Source: Lytechinus pictus
Lineage: Eukaryota
Length of the DNA: 64,000 bases
Direction of reading: 5' to 3'
Assembly (NCBI RefSeq): GCF_037042905.1
Contig: NC_087246.1
Location: forward strand, 8,434,001 to 8,498,000
Shown: one piece after another, positions 27,061-39,654 of the stretch
Layout: every line of letters begins with the position of its first letter
Position numbering within the stretch: position 1 is the stretch's first letter
The notes under the pieces: model-generated
What the model was told of the DNA's origin: nothing
Seen by the model: the letters and a program-made list of their open reading frames with translations, nothing else
The model's database searches: none
Position numbers and translations under genes: made by a program

Positions 27061-27779
27061 AAATATTGTATTTAACTATTCATCTGCATGGTGTACCTGT
27101 CCTATGCAGTGCTGGATATACTGAATTAAATTATAAGCCTATGACTTCAAAATTTTTCATCAATGTATGACTTTAAATCTTTTCGCAAAGTCTCTACAAT
27201 TTGATAAAGTCTGCACATATATATGATACGCTTGTTTTATATCTGGTCACAACTAAATAAGCTAAGCTTTCTGGGGCTAATTAGGACTGGCAATTGATTT
27301 GCTTGATGTCCCTGTCACTAGTTTCATAATACCTAATTAGATGCATTTACTGCATGCATGTTGTACGTCGTTAATAAACAAAGTAATTAATTTAATGCAC
27401 TTACCCATGCTTTTCCATCATATGTGCCACAACTATGTTCACTAACTGCCTTCTTGTCTTTTCAAAGACTCGATGTTAATTGATAAAATGAAACCCCCAA
27501 AACCAACTCATTTTGTAAGGATGGATAAGGTTGAACCTGATTTCTTACTTTAAAATGAGGTTTTCGTCATGCTGGAAGTACAGTCAAAAGCCTCAGCGAT
27601 AACATGCCGATGATCGTGTTGAAGTTTTTTCCAGGGTTACACGCGCGACTCGGCAAGCTAAACATACGTGCGCACATTAACATCTCTATGTGTGCACAAC
27701 CACAAAATAACCTTAATCCAAAATAAAAGCTTGTGAAGTTTAGTGGATATATATGGTATTTGACTTGTACATTTAGCAA

Positions 27780-27915
27780 TTTTTTTGTACAGTTATGATA
27801 GATATGACGTCACAAGCTCATTTACAGTCCTTTCACTGTAAAAGGTGTTTACGATTAATTTTTGTTGATGTTTACAGCCAGAGAATTGTAAAATCTACAG
27901 TGATTTTTTACAGTG
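27780..27915. mobile_element. CMC-EnSpm terminus (CACTGTAAAAAA)
   Basis: Ends TTTTTTACAGTG at 27915, with TTTACAG/CTGTAAA subterminal repeats. Confidence 0.6.
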
Positions 27916-27919
27916 TGGT

Positions 27920-28225
27920 TCAAGTTATCTTCAGAAAGAAGAGGTGGCTATCTTTCAATAATGAAATGCTCAAGGACGAGCTTCAGTTCATATTGAACAA
28001 TACCCTCCAACATATGCATGATATCAAGAGAAAAATTAGACAAGAGAAGAAAATAAATACAATCATTCAACACTGTTTTTTGCTTTACCACAAACACATG
28101 GGACTGATTATTCTGAGCGCCAGCTTCCTCTAAATTTTCCTTATACGACTGCTTTGTATGTAACTCTAGTAAACTGTCTTTAAATATGTGCTGTGCCTCT
28201 TCTTTGCTGGTTACACATAGACGCA
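27920..28225 (-). pseudogene. CMC-EnSpm transposase fragment
   Basis: RLCVTSKEEAQHIF...VKQKTVLNDCIYF..SNFSLDIMHMLEGIVQYELKLVL, matching the DIMHD-LEG catalytic-region motif. Confidence 0.7.
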
Positions 28226-28600
28226 AACTCATAAGCTGCACCATGTTTGCTATGTGTTTCCTTAAGCGGGTAGAACGTAGCAACTCTGGAGCCTGTGCAC
28301 CACACTTCGTAGAGTAACTTCACAGAGTATCACTTCCTCGAATGTGTGAGCTGCCAGATGAGGTAAAGATGTTATTTGATGGGTCAATTGAACCAAGTTC
28401 AGTCCTGTACTTCATAAGGGCATCTAGACAGGATTTCCAGAAACTTGTAGTCAAGATTGGCACTGTTCTTCCCTTCTTTCCTCTTATTTCAACTCTCCAG
28501 AGAAGCTCAACCAGCTCCTCTTCCATTCCACTTAGCACATCCATCTGTTCTTCTACTATGTGACTCTTGCCTTTCTGGATATTGCCATGGTCCTTCAATG
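28226..28600 (-). pseudogene. Tyrosine-recombinase-like gene, C-terminal fragment
   Basis: RVEIRGKKGRTVPIL...HIRGSDTL*..CGAQAPELLRSTRLRKHIANMVQL. The K/R loop and the HxLRH-equivalent TRLRKH box are present; the catalytic GH...Y segment is missing. Confidence 0.6.
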
Positions 28601-29129
28601 TCTTTTTTTATATTTCACCCTGATGTTTTCTGTTAAAAACTATCAGATCTATGTGTTACGATGCACTTTTTTAGTTCATTCCATGAGTTGCACCTCTCTT
28701 TCTCATTTTTGCACCGCTGATTGTGTTTGTGTTTTGGAATTGAGTTTTCAATCACGATTCATGTTGCTGTTTAAATTTGAAAATTGACATTGAACACACC
28801 CTTAGGCTCAGTCACCTGTTTGATGTAGAAGCAATGTCCATGGCACAACGATTGATTGATGAAGTATCCACTGTTGGACTGATTCCTGGCGGTTCCAGAA
28901 TAAAAGGCTGCATATTGGGTGGCTATAGATTAGAATGACATCTGAGGAGTAAGATTGGCTGGCGGCCCCGCTGCAGATAAGTTGGTGGCTAGTTGAAAAT
29001 CTGGTAATTGTTGCTGCTGCCTGAATTGTTGTTGCTCCGATCCTGAAGATGCGGTTGGAGGATGAATCCATCTGACGTTTCCTTGTGATCGGTCCTGGAA
29101 AGTGACCATGAACAGGGTCATTAATACTT

Positions 29130-29310
29130 ACACTTGTGCGTCAGTCAGTCTCGGGTATTCAGCGAGAATCTTGCTCACAGAAATTTTTGATGATCATATC
29201 CAAGTTGCCCTGCTTTTTGCAGTTCTGGACTTCAGTTCCAGTACCTTCGGATCCAGATTAAACTTTAGCCAGGTCTTCATTGATTTGATGTCATATTCAC
29301 TCAGATCATC
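29130..29310 (-). pseudogene. SAMD3-like middle exon (copy D)
   Basis: ag|DDLSEYDIKSMKTWLKFNLDP...TAKSRATWI*...KILAEYPRLTDA|gtaagt. Confidence 0.55.
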
Positions 29311-29988
29311 TATATACAAGACAAGTATTCTACTCAATATTCAAAACCAAATGATACTGAAGACAGTGGGGGGGGGGGGAGGGATCAAGATCAATGAAAC
29401 TTTACCACCTCCCCATGCAATCAAAACAGAAATGGATGGTTTAAGTCTACTGAATTTGAAATTAAAAATGCATTCGGAATCAAGAATTTGAAATTCAAGA
29501 TGCCTTAATTTTCATACCCAATATCACATGATCAGCTCATGATGTCACAAGCATGTTGGAAACGAAGATTCTTTCATGAGGAAAGATTAATTCGGCCTAC
29601 CTATTTGAAAGATAATTTGCAGAAATGAAAATACCTTCATTAAGTCAATTTTGAGGTCCACAGATGAACATGAATTAAGTCAACTTCGAAATATGGTATA
29701 AGCTGTAAAATATGATGAGACCAGTTGCAAACATGTGGACATGACATGAGGTAGCCAGACCTAAGTCGACTTTCATGTGGGTATTTCCATTCAGATAATT
29801 GTTTATAATAGTGGAGAATTTATAAATTATTGCTGCAAATATCATAAAAGAACTTGTGGTTTACCTTTCAAATCAATTTCCTTGGAAATCAATTTTATCT
29901 TCTTTTCAGGAACATTACTGGTCAAAAAAATTATGTCTCGTGGCTCACGCCTCCTATTGCTTTTAAGTCGATTCTATATGTAGTCTGA

Positions 29989-30388
29989 TACCCCTTTCAT
30001 AAACCCAATAAAACCCAATTATGTGGCTAATAGCAGCATAATTTGGTCGTAAAATCAGAGGAGGACAAGAGTTATCCGCATTATTCTGATGCTGCTATTA
30101 TCCGCATAATAGCGGCATCGGGACAAGATTTTGAGTTTATGAATGTATTTCCAAATAATGCGGATAATTGCCATGGTGCGGTCACAAGGTCACCCTTTTC
30201 CAACACAACCGCATCAGAGGGGGCGTGTCCAGTTGTCATGACGATTATCCGCCTTTTTCAGGACGGGCGCTCGTAAAAATAATGCGGATCATTTTCGGAG
30301 TTTGTGAACGCAATTTTTATTGAATTATCCGCATTACTCTTAGGCGGCTAATTGGAGGATAGGTTTTATTGGGTTTATGAAAGGGGTA
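29989..30388. mobile_element. MITE with 3-bp TSD (Harbinger-like)
   Basis: Perfect 27-bp TIR TACCCCTTTCATAAACCCAATAAAACC; TGA duplicated at 29986-29988 and 30389-30391; internal ATCCGCAT/ATGCGGAT repeats. Confidence 0.88.
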
Positions 30389-31539
30389 TGATGCTTCATG
30401 TCTGTTCTTCGCTGGAGTGTAGTACGCCTCCTGAATGCAGAAATAACCACATGATAATGTTCAAGATGTTACTGCATTAAAAAAAATGTAGATATGTATG
30501 AATTTAAAGAATCATCCTTATCATGACAAATATCCTGTTTGGCAAAAGCAGATCAAGCCCACTTGTTGAACCATTTTTCCCCTCCATGAACTGATAATAG
30601 CCATCCCTTTAGAGTAGGTTGAGTGACAGAGTGTAGTACACGCGTGTGACTATAAGGGCAATTTTGGTAAAGGTACACGCCTGTACCAGTCTACACTGCC
30701 TTTTTAAAAAGATGTCGATACTGATAATGAAAAGTGAAAATATCTAAATAAAGGTTAAAAAAAGCATGATATTTAATTTCATACAAACTTTTTATAGACC
30801 CTAAGTCTGAAACTACTACATGTTAAAGTAGACCAAAACATGACTTTTCTCCATTCCATTGGCATATAGACCTAGATCTGAGATCTAACAAAAAGAAAAA
30901 CGGTTTAGGAACAGCACCATCATCATGACTATTAAAATCTGAGATCATCTTCACAAATGAACTTCATCTAGTCAAAAGTTTTCATTACTTCTACCAAACA
31001 CATCACAAACATATCTGTGATACATATTTTTCTTCTGAACATATTCTAATAACATGTAATAAATAAGTTTCAATCCACCCCCTTCGCCTAGTTTCATCAT
31101 ACCATATAGTTAGGTACTGTGCATGTACAGAGGTGTAGATCTACATGTAGGTATGTTCACATCTATTGTAGATTGGTTCTAACGATTACCAGTCAATGTG
31201 CCCGTGTCGAAAGTCTAATTTGTCCTAAATAAAACTGACTGTTTAGGCCATGTTTCAGGCAATTATTTATATGAGTGTTGTGAATGAGGTGGGTACACAC
31301 TGATGAAAACTCCTATGTATTCCTCCATTCCGCATTCCTCTAGAAAATGCAGACAAAATTGTCTATCTTGAAGACAAAAAGTTGCAAGACTTCTCGCGGC
31401 CGCGGCGGATCGTCAAGAAATTACGCTTTTTTTTTCGCGGGGGTACTATGTCACATAGGACACATGACATGTTTTGTCCAATTGTAGTGCGTGTATGTCA
31501 TGTACACCGCGCTGGATATTTCTGATGTGACTCTGCGCT

Positions 31540-31647
31540 GGTGTAAAAAGTCTGATAACCAAACTGACAACTCGGATTTGAGTCAGAAGTACAAATTTGT
31601 TGACTTGGATTCAGAGTTGAAATTTTGACTCGGCAGAAATAAGAGTG
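31540..31647. mobile_element. CMC-EnSpm terminus (CACTCTTA...)
   Basis: Ends AAATAAGAGTG|TA with GAGTC/GACTC/GAGTT subterminal repeats. A CpG-rich promoter-like patch lies at 31390-31445 just inside. Confidence 0.55.
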
Positions 31648-32129
31648 TACTACTGACTATAAAGTAGTTGTGCTTTATCCTTTACTTTACTTGGTATGCT
31701 CATTCTTGATTTGAGTTAATTTTGAATTCAATCAGGGGAGTATAAGCAAAAATTGAACTGTAAATTAAGTTAGATGGCCCCTGGCTCATTTATGCTCTCT
31801 ACTCTAGATCTGCCCAATGAAGCTCCTTTTGATTTAATACTTCAAATGCTGTTACCACTACTGAATTGGAATTGGTATTCAAAATTCTAGCATCTTTTTC
31901 ATATAAATTACATTATTATTCCTTGCAAAAACATTTTCTGCATTTTAGGAAAATTCATTGTAACTTTTTCAGATATACAGGAAGACAGGAATTAATGAAT
32001 ATGTCTTCAATCAAATACTCCTCAACATTGAATAAACTTAGATGGCCCCTGGCTGATACATGCCCACTAGATCTGCCCAATAAAGCTCCTCCTTTTATAA
32101 GATAGTACGATAGGCCCAGGAAAGACAGG

Positions 32130-32430
32130 AGAAGGAGATAATTGGTTTGATGATGCTATCATAGAAGAAGAGTCGTTTTCTGGATATTGAATGTTATCAG
32201 TTTCTTAAGGAGATATTACCACTGGTTAGCTTTTGACACAATGGTTTAAGTATTGTATTGCTATTCCAGCTAAAATCCTTGTCAATGTGGGCTCCTGGAT
32301 ATTTGTAGTTCAAAACAATTTCAATCAATTGATCAATAGCCAACAGCAAAATAACATTATCCTTTTTCCTGAAATCTACAATCATTTCTTAGTGTTAAGG
32401 ATCAGTAGCATTTGTTTACACTACAAAACA
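32130..32430 (-). mobile_element. Non-LTR retrotransposon (Rex1/L2-group) RT thumb fragment
   Basis: TKKxIVDFRKK...VLNYKYPGAHIDKDFSWNSNT...LKKL..FNI..FYDSII. Confidence 0.65.
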
Positions 32431-32450
32431 AAGTAGTCCACCATTACAAG

Positions 32451-32750
32451 CTAATGGATGGTGTTTAGTCTGAATTGAAGTCGACCACTTTGGTAGGAGT
32501 GACTGTGCTGTCTGTCATGTTGCAAAGCACTCTGCAGAAAGGACATTGTATTCACACATTTCTTGCTATACTGAAGATTGAATACATAGTGAATTGACAA
32601 AAGCAGGCATAATGCTGCAGTTAGGTCCTTTGTGTGACACACAACTTGCCCCTCTGTAACAAGCTTGAATTCGATGTCATCAATCACAGCTTGGAGATTG
32701 TTGTCATTGCCTGTGTGAACGATGTGGGCATCCGGACTGTCAAGCTTCTG
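32451..32750 (-). pseudogene. SAMD3-like C-terminal exon (copy E)
   Basis: FKLVTEGQVVCHTKDLTAALCLLLSIHYVFNLQYSKKCVNTMSFLQ. Confidence 0.65.
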
Positions 32751-32986
32751 AAAGAAATAAGAACAAAAGTAATTTAGGAACTATATGAAAGAGATCTGAT
32801 ATAAACTCTACTAGTAACAAGTATATATTTTTTCCAAGTTGCTTGGTTTTTTAACAAGAGATAAGGGCCCATTTGCATAAATCAGTGGTACCTTTCCCAT
32901 TGATGGTAACTCTCCAATCAATGGTAACTACCATAGCAACTCAGTTTCATAGCCAATCAAATTTACAATATCAGTGATAGTTACGA

Positions 32987-35705
32987 TTATAACGTGGGGA
33001 AGGTTTATGGTTCACCACGTGTAATATGAAGAAGGGAAAGAAATACTGGCAGAAAGATTCAAACAGCAAGACGAGAAAGGATGAAATGAGGGAATTAGAA
33101 GTATTCTTTTCTTGAAAGTGAGTGAAGTCCTGAAAAGGACTGTAAACCAGATGAGATGAGCTGAATATGGCTTGAGTAGCAATTATTTCAGTAGTAGCAG
33201 GATGAAATGAAGAGAGGTTACTTGATGTTTCAGGCAGGTTGACTGTTCATCTTTAGGAGTGAAGGATGCTAAACAAGTGCGGGGTACTTATGGCAAGAAT
33301 GCGGACGTCGGAGGAATCGGTGGACGGTTGGGTTGGCGGCGGGTGGTCAGTGGTGGCGCTGTGACTATGTGGAGTTTTGTGGGCGTGAGTGCGGACGTCG
33401 GAGGAATTGGCGGCGAGCCGGGTCGGCGGCAGGGCTGTCGGTGGTGGCGCTGTGATTCCTAGAAGTTTCGAGGGAGTGAGTGCGGACGTCGGATGGATTG
33501 GTGGCGGATCGGGTCGGCTGTGAAGTTCCTTGGTTTATGTTTGGTAGGCGTGGGCAGAGATTATAGCAGCATTGTTGTTTCGGCGGTGCGGCAATATCAG
33601 GTGTGGGGGATACGGCGGCTTGGGTTGTGAGTGGTGTGGTGGGCTTGGTCGTCAGCGGATTGGCTGGCTTGGTTGTTGGCAGTAGTGTGGCATGGGTGGA
33701 TGGAGAAGGATTGGTGCGTAGGTGAAGGATTGGGTGCCAGATGTTGTTAAGGTGAAGTCCTGTGACCTGGGGTACTGTGTCGTGTCGCTGTATCTCAATG
33801 GCTTCTTTGACTTGTCTGGTATACCAATACTTGATGTTGGTGATTAGTTTGCTGTCTACCCAGTCAATGCAATGATCTTCTTGTTGTGCATGCTTAACGA
33901 TGGCTGACTTGTCCCAGTCGCTGAGTCATTGGCAGGACTTGTGTTCCTCAAGTCTTGTGTCAAAGTTGCGGCATGTTTCCCCGATGTAGACTTTACCGTA
34001 GTCGCATGGTATTTTGTAGATACCTGGTTGCTTGTTGGGAGGGTTCTTGTCCTTGTGTGAGTGCAGGATTGAGTGGAGCTTCTTTGAGGATCGGTGTCTG
34101 ACTTTGAAGTTGGCTTGAGTAAGGATGTGGTGTAGTTGGTGCGATGTCTTGCCTAGGTATGTGAGGACAGCTGTGCAGGGTTGGTTGCAGGTGGTTGTGT
34201 CTGTGTACTGGTGCCATGGTGGAGTGGAGGCCTTGGTCCAGGGGTATTGGTTGATGGTGGTGAGTGCGTTGGAGATGTGTGTGAGTTCTTACTGGAGGTT
34301 GTCCTTGTCACTGAGTAGGTGGGCGCGTCTGATGAGAGAGTTGGGTACTGATTGCCGGATGGATGGGTGGTGGAAGGAGCGGTAGTTGAGTTATCAGTCT
34401 GTGTGGGTTGGTTTTCGGTAGACCTGGTGCGAGAGGAACCCTGATGTCTTGTTGACGAGGACGTCAAGGAATGGGATTGATTCGTGCAGTTGGGTTTCCA
34501 TAGTAAATTTGGTGTCTGGGTGCTGCTTGTTGATGTGGTGGAGGAAAAGTTGCAGGTCCTTGGTGTCGTAGGGCCAGATGACGAAGGTGTTGTCCACATA
34601 TCTGAGCCAGAGTGAGGGTTGCTTGTCGGCGGTCTTGAGTGCTTGGTGTTCGAAGTGCTCCATGAAGATGTTAGCGATGATTGGTGAGAGAGGTGAACCC
34701 ATGGCGGCCCCTTTTGAGTTGCTTGTAGTAGTTGGTGCGCCACTTAAAGGAGTTGGAGGTGAGGCAGGTGAGTTGAAGATCGTAGATCTGGTCTGGGGTA
34801 AGATTGGTTCTGGAGGCAAGGCTTGGGTCGGTGATGAGTTGTTGTTTGATGATATTGCAGGCTTCAGTTCAGTGATTGGTACGCTGGTGAGGAGACGACG
34901 TCGAAGCTGACAAGGGTGTCGGTGGGTTGGAGCTGAGTCTTGGAGATGATGTCGACGAAGTGCTGTGAGTTGGTGACGTGCTTGGTGAGTCCTACGAGTG
35001 GTCGGAGTATGGTAGCTAGGTAGCGTGCTGTGTTATAGCTGGGGGATCCTCAGGTAGAGATGATTGTTCGAAGTGGTGTGTCGGGTTTGTGTTTCTTGGG
35101 TTGGCCAAATAGGATGGGACATGTCCCTGAGGATGAATGGAGTTGGAAGTAGAGTGGTTTGGGTATGGCGTCGGTGCGGTGGAGTGCAAGAAGTTTCTGG
35201 TTGATCTCCCTTTCTATTGCAGGGGTTGAGTCGTGCTTGAGTTCTTGGTAGGTGCCCTTGTCCTTCAGTAGGTTGTTTATCTTGTTGTTGTAGTCCTGTT
35301 GGTCCATGATGACAGTGACATTGCCCTTATCTGCTTGAAGTATGTGGATAGTTTGGTTTTCACGTTGTTCCTTAACAGCTTGGTGTTCATCCTTGGTGAG
35401 GTTGGGTTTGGGTAGTTTGGAGTCGGCGAGTGTGTTGGCTACTTTGCGTCAGATTTCGTAGGCTGCTGTCTTGGAGAGAAAACCTCAGAGGAATCTTCTT
35501 GGGAGCTACGGCGAAGTTTGAGTCAGTTGGTGGCCGCTGAGGTTCACGACGGTGTCCTTGGGTTTGGGCTGGCGTGAGTTTTCGGTTAGAGTAGGTTTGG
35601 GTCGGACGAGTTTGTTAAACTTCTTAATGGGCTCGAGTCGGTGGAATGGAAGGCTTGATTAGCGATGTCCTGGTTGAAGGTCGTGATCTTGTGAAGGTCT
35701 TCAGG
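32987..35705 (-). mobile_element. Penelope-like element (RT + GIY-YIG), decayed; left arm of an inverted duplication
   Basis: ADKGNVTV, GQPKKHKPDTPLRTII, GAAMGSPLSPIIANIFM, WLRYVDNTF, VYRKPTHTD, GIYKIPCD..VYIGET, with frameshifts. Confidence 0.92.
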
Positions 35706-35716
35706 ATTGCGTCGTC

Positions 35717-37671
35717 GATCCCCCAACACGCTACCTACCTACCATACTCCAACCACTCGTAGGACTCGCCAAGCACCACGTCACCAACTCACAGCACTTT
35801 GTCGACATCATCTCCAAGACTCAGCTCCAACCCATCGATGCCCTCGTCAGCTTCGATGTCGTCTCTTTCTTCACCAACGTACCAGTCATCAAACAACGAC
35901 TCATCACTGACTCAAGCCTTGCCTCCAGAACCAATCTCACCCCAGACCAGATCTACGATCTTCAACTCACCTGCCTCAACTCCAACTCCTTCAAGTGGCC
36001 ACCAACTACTACAAGCAACTCAAAGGGGCCGCCATGGGTTCACCTCTTTCACCAATCATCGCTAACATTTTCATGGAGCACTTCGAACACCAAGCACTCA
36101 AGACTGCCGACAAGCAACCCTCACTCGGGCTCAGATATGTGGATGACACCTTCGTCATCTGGCCCTACGACACCAAGGACTTGCAACTTATCCTCCACAT
36201 CAACAAGCAGCACCCAGACATCAAATTCACTATGGAAACCCAACTGCACGACACAATCCCATTCCTGGACGTCCTCGTCAAGATGACCACATCAGGGTTC
36301 CCTTTCGCACCAGGTCTACCAAAAACCAACCCACACCGATCGATACCACAACTACCAATCCTTCCACCACCCATCCTTCCGGCAATCAGTACCCAACTCT
36401 CTCATCAGACACGTCCACCAACTCAGTGACAAGGACCACCTCCAGCAAGAACTCACCCACATCTCCAACGCACTTACCACCATCAACCAGTACCCCTGGA
36501 CCAAGGCCTCCACTCCACCATGGCACCAGCACACAGAGACAACCACCAGCAACTAATCCACCGACAACCAACAGGCACAGTTGTCCTCCCATACCTAGGC
36601 AAGACATCGCACCGACTACACCGCATGCTCACTCAAGCCAACTTCAAAGTTGGACACCCATCCTCCAAGAAGCTCCACTCAATCCTGCACTCACACAAGG
36701 ACAAAAACACTCCCAACAAGCAACCAGGTGTCTACAAAATACCATGCGACTGCGGTAAAGTCTACATTGGGGAAACAGGCCGCAACTTCGACACAAGACT
36801 CAAAGAACGCAAGTCCTGCCAACGACCCAGCGACTGGGACAAGTCAGCCATCGTTATGCACGCACAACAAGAAGATCACTGCATTGACTGGGCAGACAGC
36901 AAAGTCGTCACCAACATCAAGCATTGGCATACCAGACGAGTCAGAGAAGCCATTGAGATACAGCGACACAACACAGTGCCCCAGAACACGGGACTTCACC
37001 TTAACAACATCTGGCACCCAGTCCTTCACCTAGGCACCAATCCTTCTCCATCCACCTATGCCACACTGACGTGGACAACCATGCCCGCCACTCTGCCGAC
37101 GACCAAGCCCACCACACCACTCACAACCCAAGCCGCCGCATCCCCCACCTGATAGCGCTGCACCTCCGACACAACGATGCCGCTATAATCTCCGCCCACG
37201 CCTACCAAACATACATGAAGGAACTTCACAGCCGATCCGACCTGCCACGAATCCATCCGACGTCCGCACTCACACCCACACAGCTCCACAAAATCACAGT
37301 GCCACCACTAACCACCAGCCGCCAACCCGACCGGCCACCGATTCCTCCGACGTCCGCGTTCTCGCCATAAGTACCCTGCGCTCGTTTAGCATCCTTCACT
37401 CCTGAAGACGGACAGTCAACCTGCCCGAAACGTCAAGTAACCTCTCTTCACTTCATCCTGCTACTACTGAAACCATCGCTGCTCAAGCCATATTCAGCTC
37501 ATCTCATCTGGTTTACAGTCCTTTTCAGGACTTCACTCTCTTTCAAGAAAAGAATACTTCTAATTCCCTCTTTTCATCCTTTCTCGTTTTTCCATTTCAA
37601 TCTTTCTGCCTGTATTTCCTTCCCTTCTTCATATTACACATGATGAACTGTAAACCTTCTACACATTATAA
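35717..37671 (+). mobile_element. Penelope-like element, 5'-truncated; right arm of the inverted duplication
   Basis: GAAMGSPLSP, LRYVDDTF, GVYKIPCDCGKVYIGETGR, RRVREAIEI. The 3' region mirrors 32987-35050. Confidence 0.92.
37393..37440 (+). ncRNA. Minimal (Penelope-type) hammerhead ribozyme motif, degenerate
   Basis: CACTC-CTGAAGA-CGGACAG tcaac CTGCCCG-AAAC-GTC-AAGT: CUGANGA box, stem II with one mismatch, GAAA box, palindromic ACGT stem III and a GUC cleavage triplet. Confidence 0.6.
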
Positions 37672-38189
37672 AACTCCACCATGCAAACCTACAAAGATCG
37701 TCGAACTCAGATTAGGTGCTGTTACCCTAACTTAATTATTTTAACTTTAGCTAACCAAAACTAATAACAAATGTTTTTAAAAGCTAACAGAAATTAGCAA
37801 ATATGTGTACCCAATATAACCATCAATTCAATCTAGCAAGTGAAAATATGTTAATAAAGAGGCTCTTAATAAATTGTGAAATTTTCAAAACACAAACTTA
37901 TCAATTTGTTTTTAAAATGGCTGCTTACAAAAAGATCATGCACAATATTTCATGTTACTCTCAAGAGGCATAGGCAATTTGGGAACCATTTACTAGAAAT
38001 CAAGCACAATCTGAGGGGATTATATAAAAACATGAATTGATAAATGGGACACAGAAATAAAGATACTTCAAAGTACTTTTCAAAGTCACTTTTTCAGGAT
38101 GCTCTTTCCCTACCTTAACTATTACTATTACCCAAGCCCATGAAACCACTTGCACAAGATATACAAAAGAAAAGAAAATAATTTAAAAA

Positions 38190-38420
38190 AAAATTCCTTA
38201 AACACTATTTTTAGTCCAGAACACTTTGGGACACATCTTACTCTCCATGTGGTGCAAGAACTAGCTTCAAATTTTCCTTTCCACTTGAGGAATTCCTCTT
38301 CACTGTGCAAAGTGAGCCATGATGTGTCAGTGAAATTAACCTCTGTTTCATCAGTGAATGTCAGATGAATCCATCCAATGCAGCATATGTGATACACATA
38401 TCCCTCAGGTAAAATATTCT
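38190..38420 (-). pseudogene. MULE/SWIM-type transposase N-terminal exon fragment
   Basis: ag|NILPEGYVYHIC...LHSEEEFLKWKGKFEASSCTTWRVRCVPKCSG. Confidence 0.45.
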
Positions 38421-39654
38421 AATGTAAAAAAAAAGAAAACAGGTTTGAAAATAAAAACTTTTTCAGTTTCAATCATGCACATTCATTTAATATTTCACTC
38501 TCCCGTAAAAAGTTGTAGAAGCATTCATATAAAGTAAAATGGAAATCTAGCATTATTAGGAAAATGGAGTGAAGTAGATTCGACTATATCGTAGATTAAA
38601 GCTGTAGATCTATGTTTTTACTTGATAAATTTTTGATAATTTACAAATACAAAATTGGACATACTGCTACAAACCATCATCAGGCTGTACTTAAAAATGG
38701 CTGTCTGATGCCCTCTTGGTTAATAAGGAAAGTTCTCAATAATAATTAGTGAAACCAGCTTTAAACCTCCCTCAAAATAAATTTGATCTAGTATGATTCC
38801 AATATAATTCTTCAATTAGATATTTGAAATTTTGTTTAGTGGAGTTAAAAAAAAACTCTTTTTGGAAATGCAACCTTGACTGGGCTTGAGCTTATTTTCA
38901 TCTTTTCTGCATTTACTTTCCTAAGGAAGAAAACCGTCTTGGATTTCCCATTGGCGTATTATTAACTGACCATGCAAAAGTGACAAAATTGTTCAATTTT
39001 AAATGCTTCAATTTATTTGTCTTAACTGACTGGGTAGATGTATAGGTTCTAGACTCTAGGTCTAGATATCTAGATCTATATATTTCAATCAGACAAATCA
39101 TGTTGTTATGGTGTGCATAATTAAAATTAATATAATTTAGGCAGTTACTTCAATAAATATCAATAATAACAGACTAGACTACTATAGAACCTCGGCTCTA
39201 GCAAAGTTTAAGTCTAGATCTACTTTTAGAAGAATCTAGATCTAGATCTACATACCTTAATCCGTTGAGGAATTGATGCACCCTCACATCCACAAGTTTC
39301 AGACATGGTAGACCTCTACTGCTGTTACATAACATACGGTCTCAAGAAGCTTGCATGCACACTGACAGTCTATAGCTGGATTCGATCCGTATTCACAGTA
39401 GTTGAATTTGCATATCACGCAAAGACGTACCTGATGTGATAGTGGTCTTTATTCAAGATGCTATAAAATTGTGAATTGACAACTGTGATGCATTTGATTA
39501 TCTGGCATATTGATTTTGATGTTGGCTGGAATACCTGGTACAGGTGTACACTGATGGATCATTGGAAGGTGGGCTTGAACCTTGTTTAGTTTTGTCGGTG
39601 CAGCCTGGCGGTTTTGTCCACAACAATGATCACATCCATGTCCTCTAGCTTGTT

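Noticed and set aside
29860..30435. Possible start of a SET-domain gene (..KIKLISKEID..G|gt), split by a MITE
   Set aside because: No downstream SET motifs (GxGVF, NHS, YDY) were found; too weak to call.
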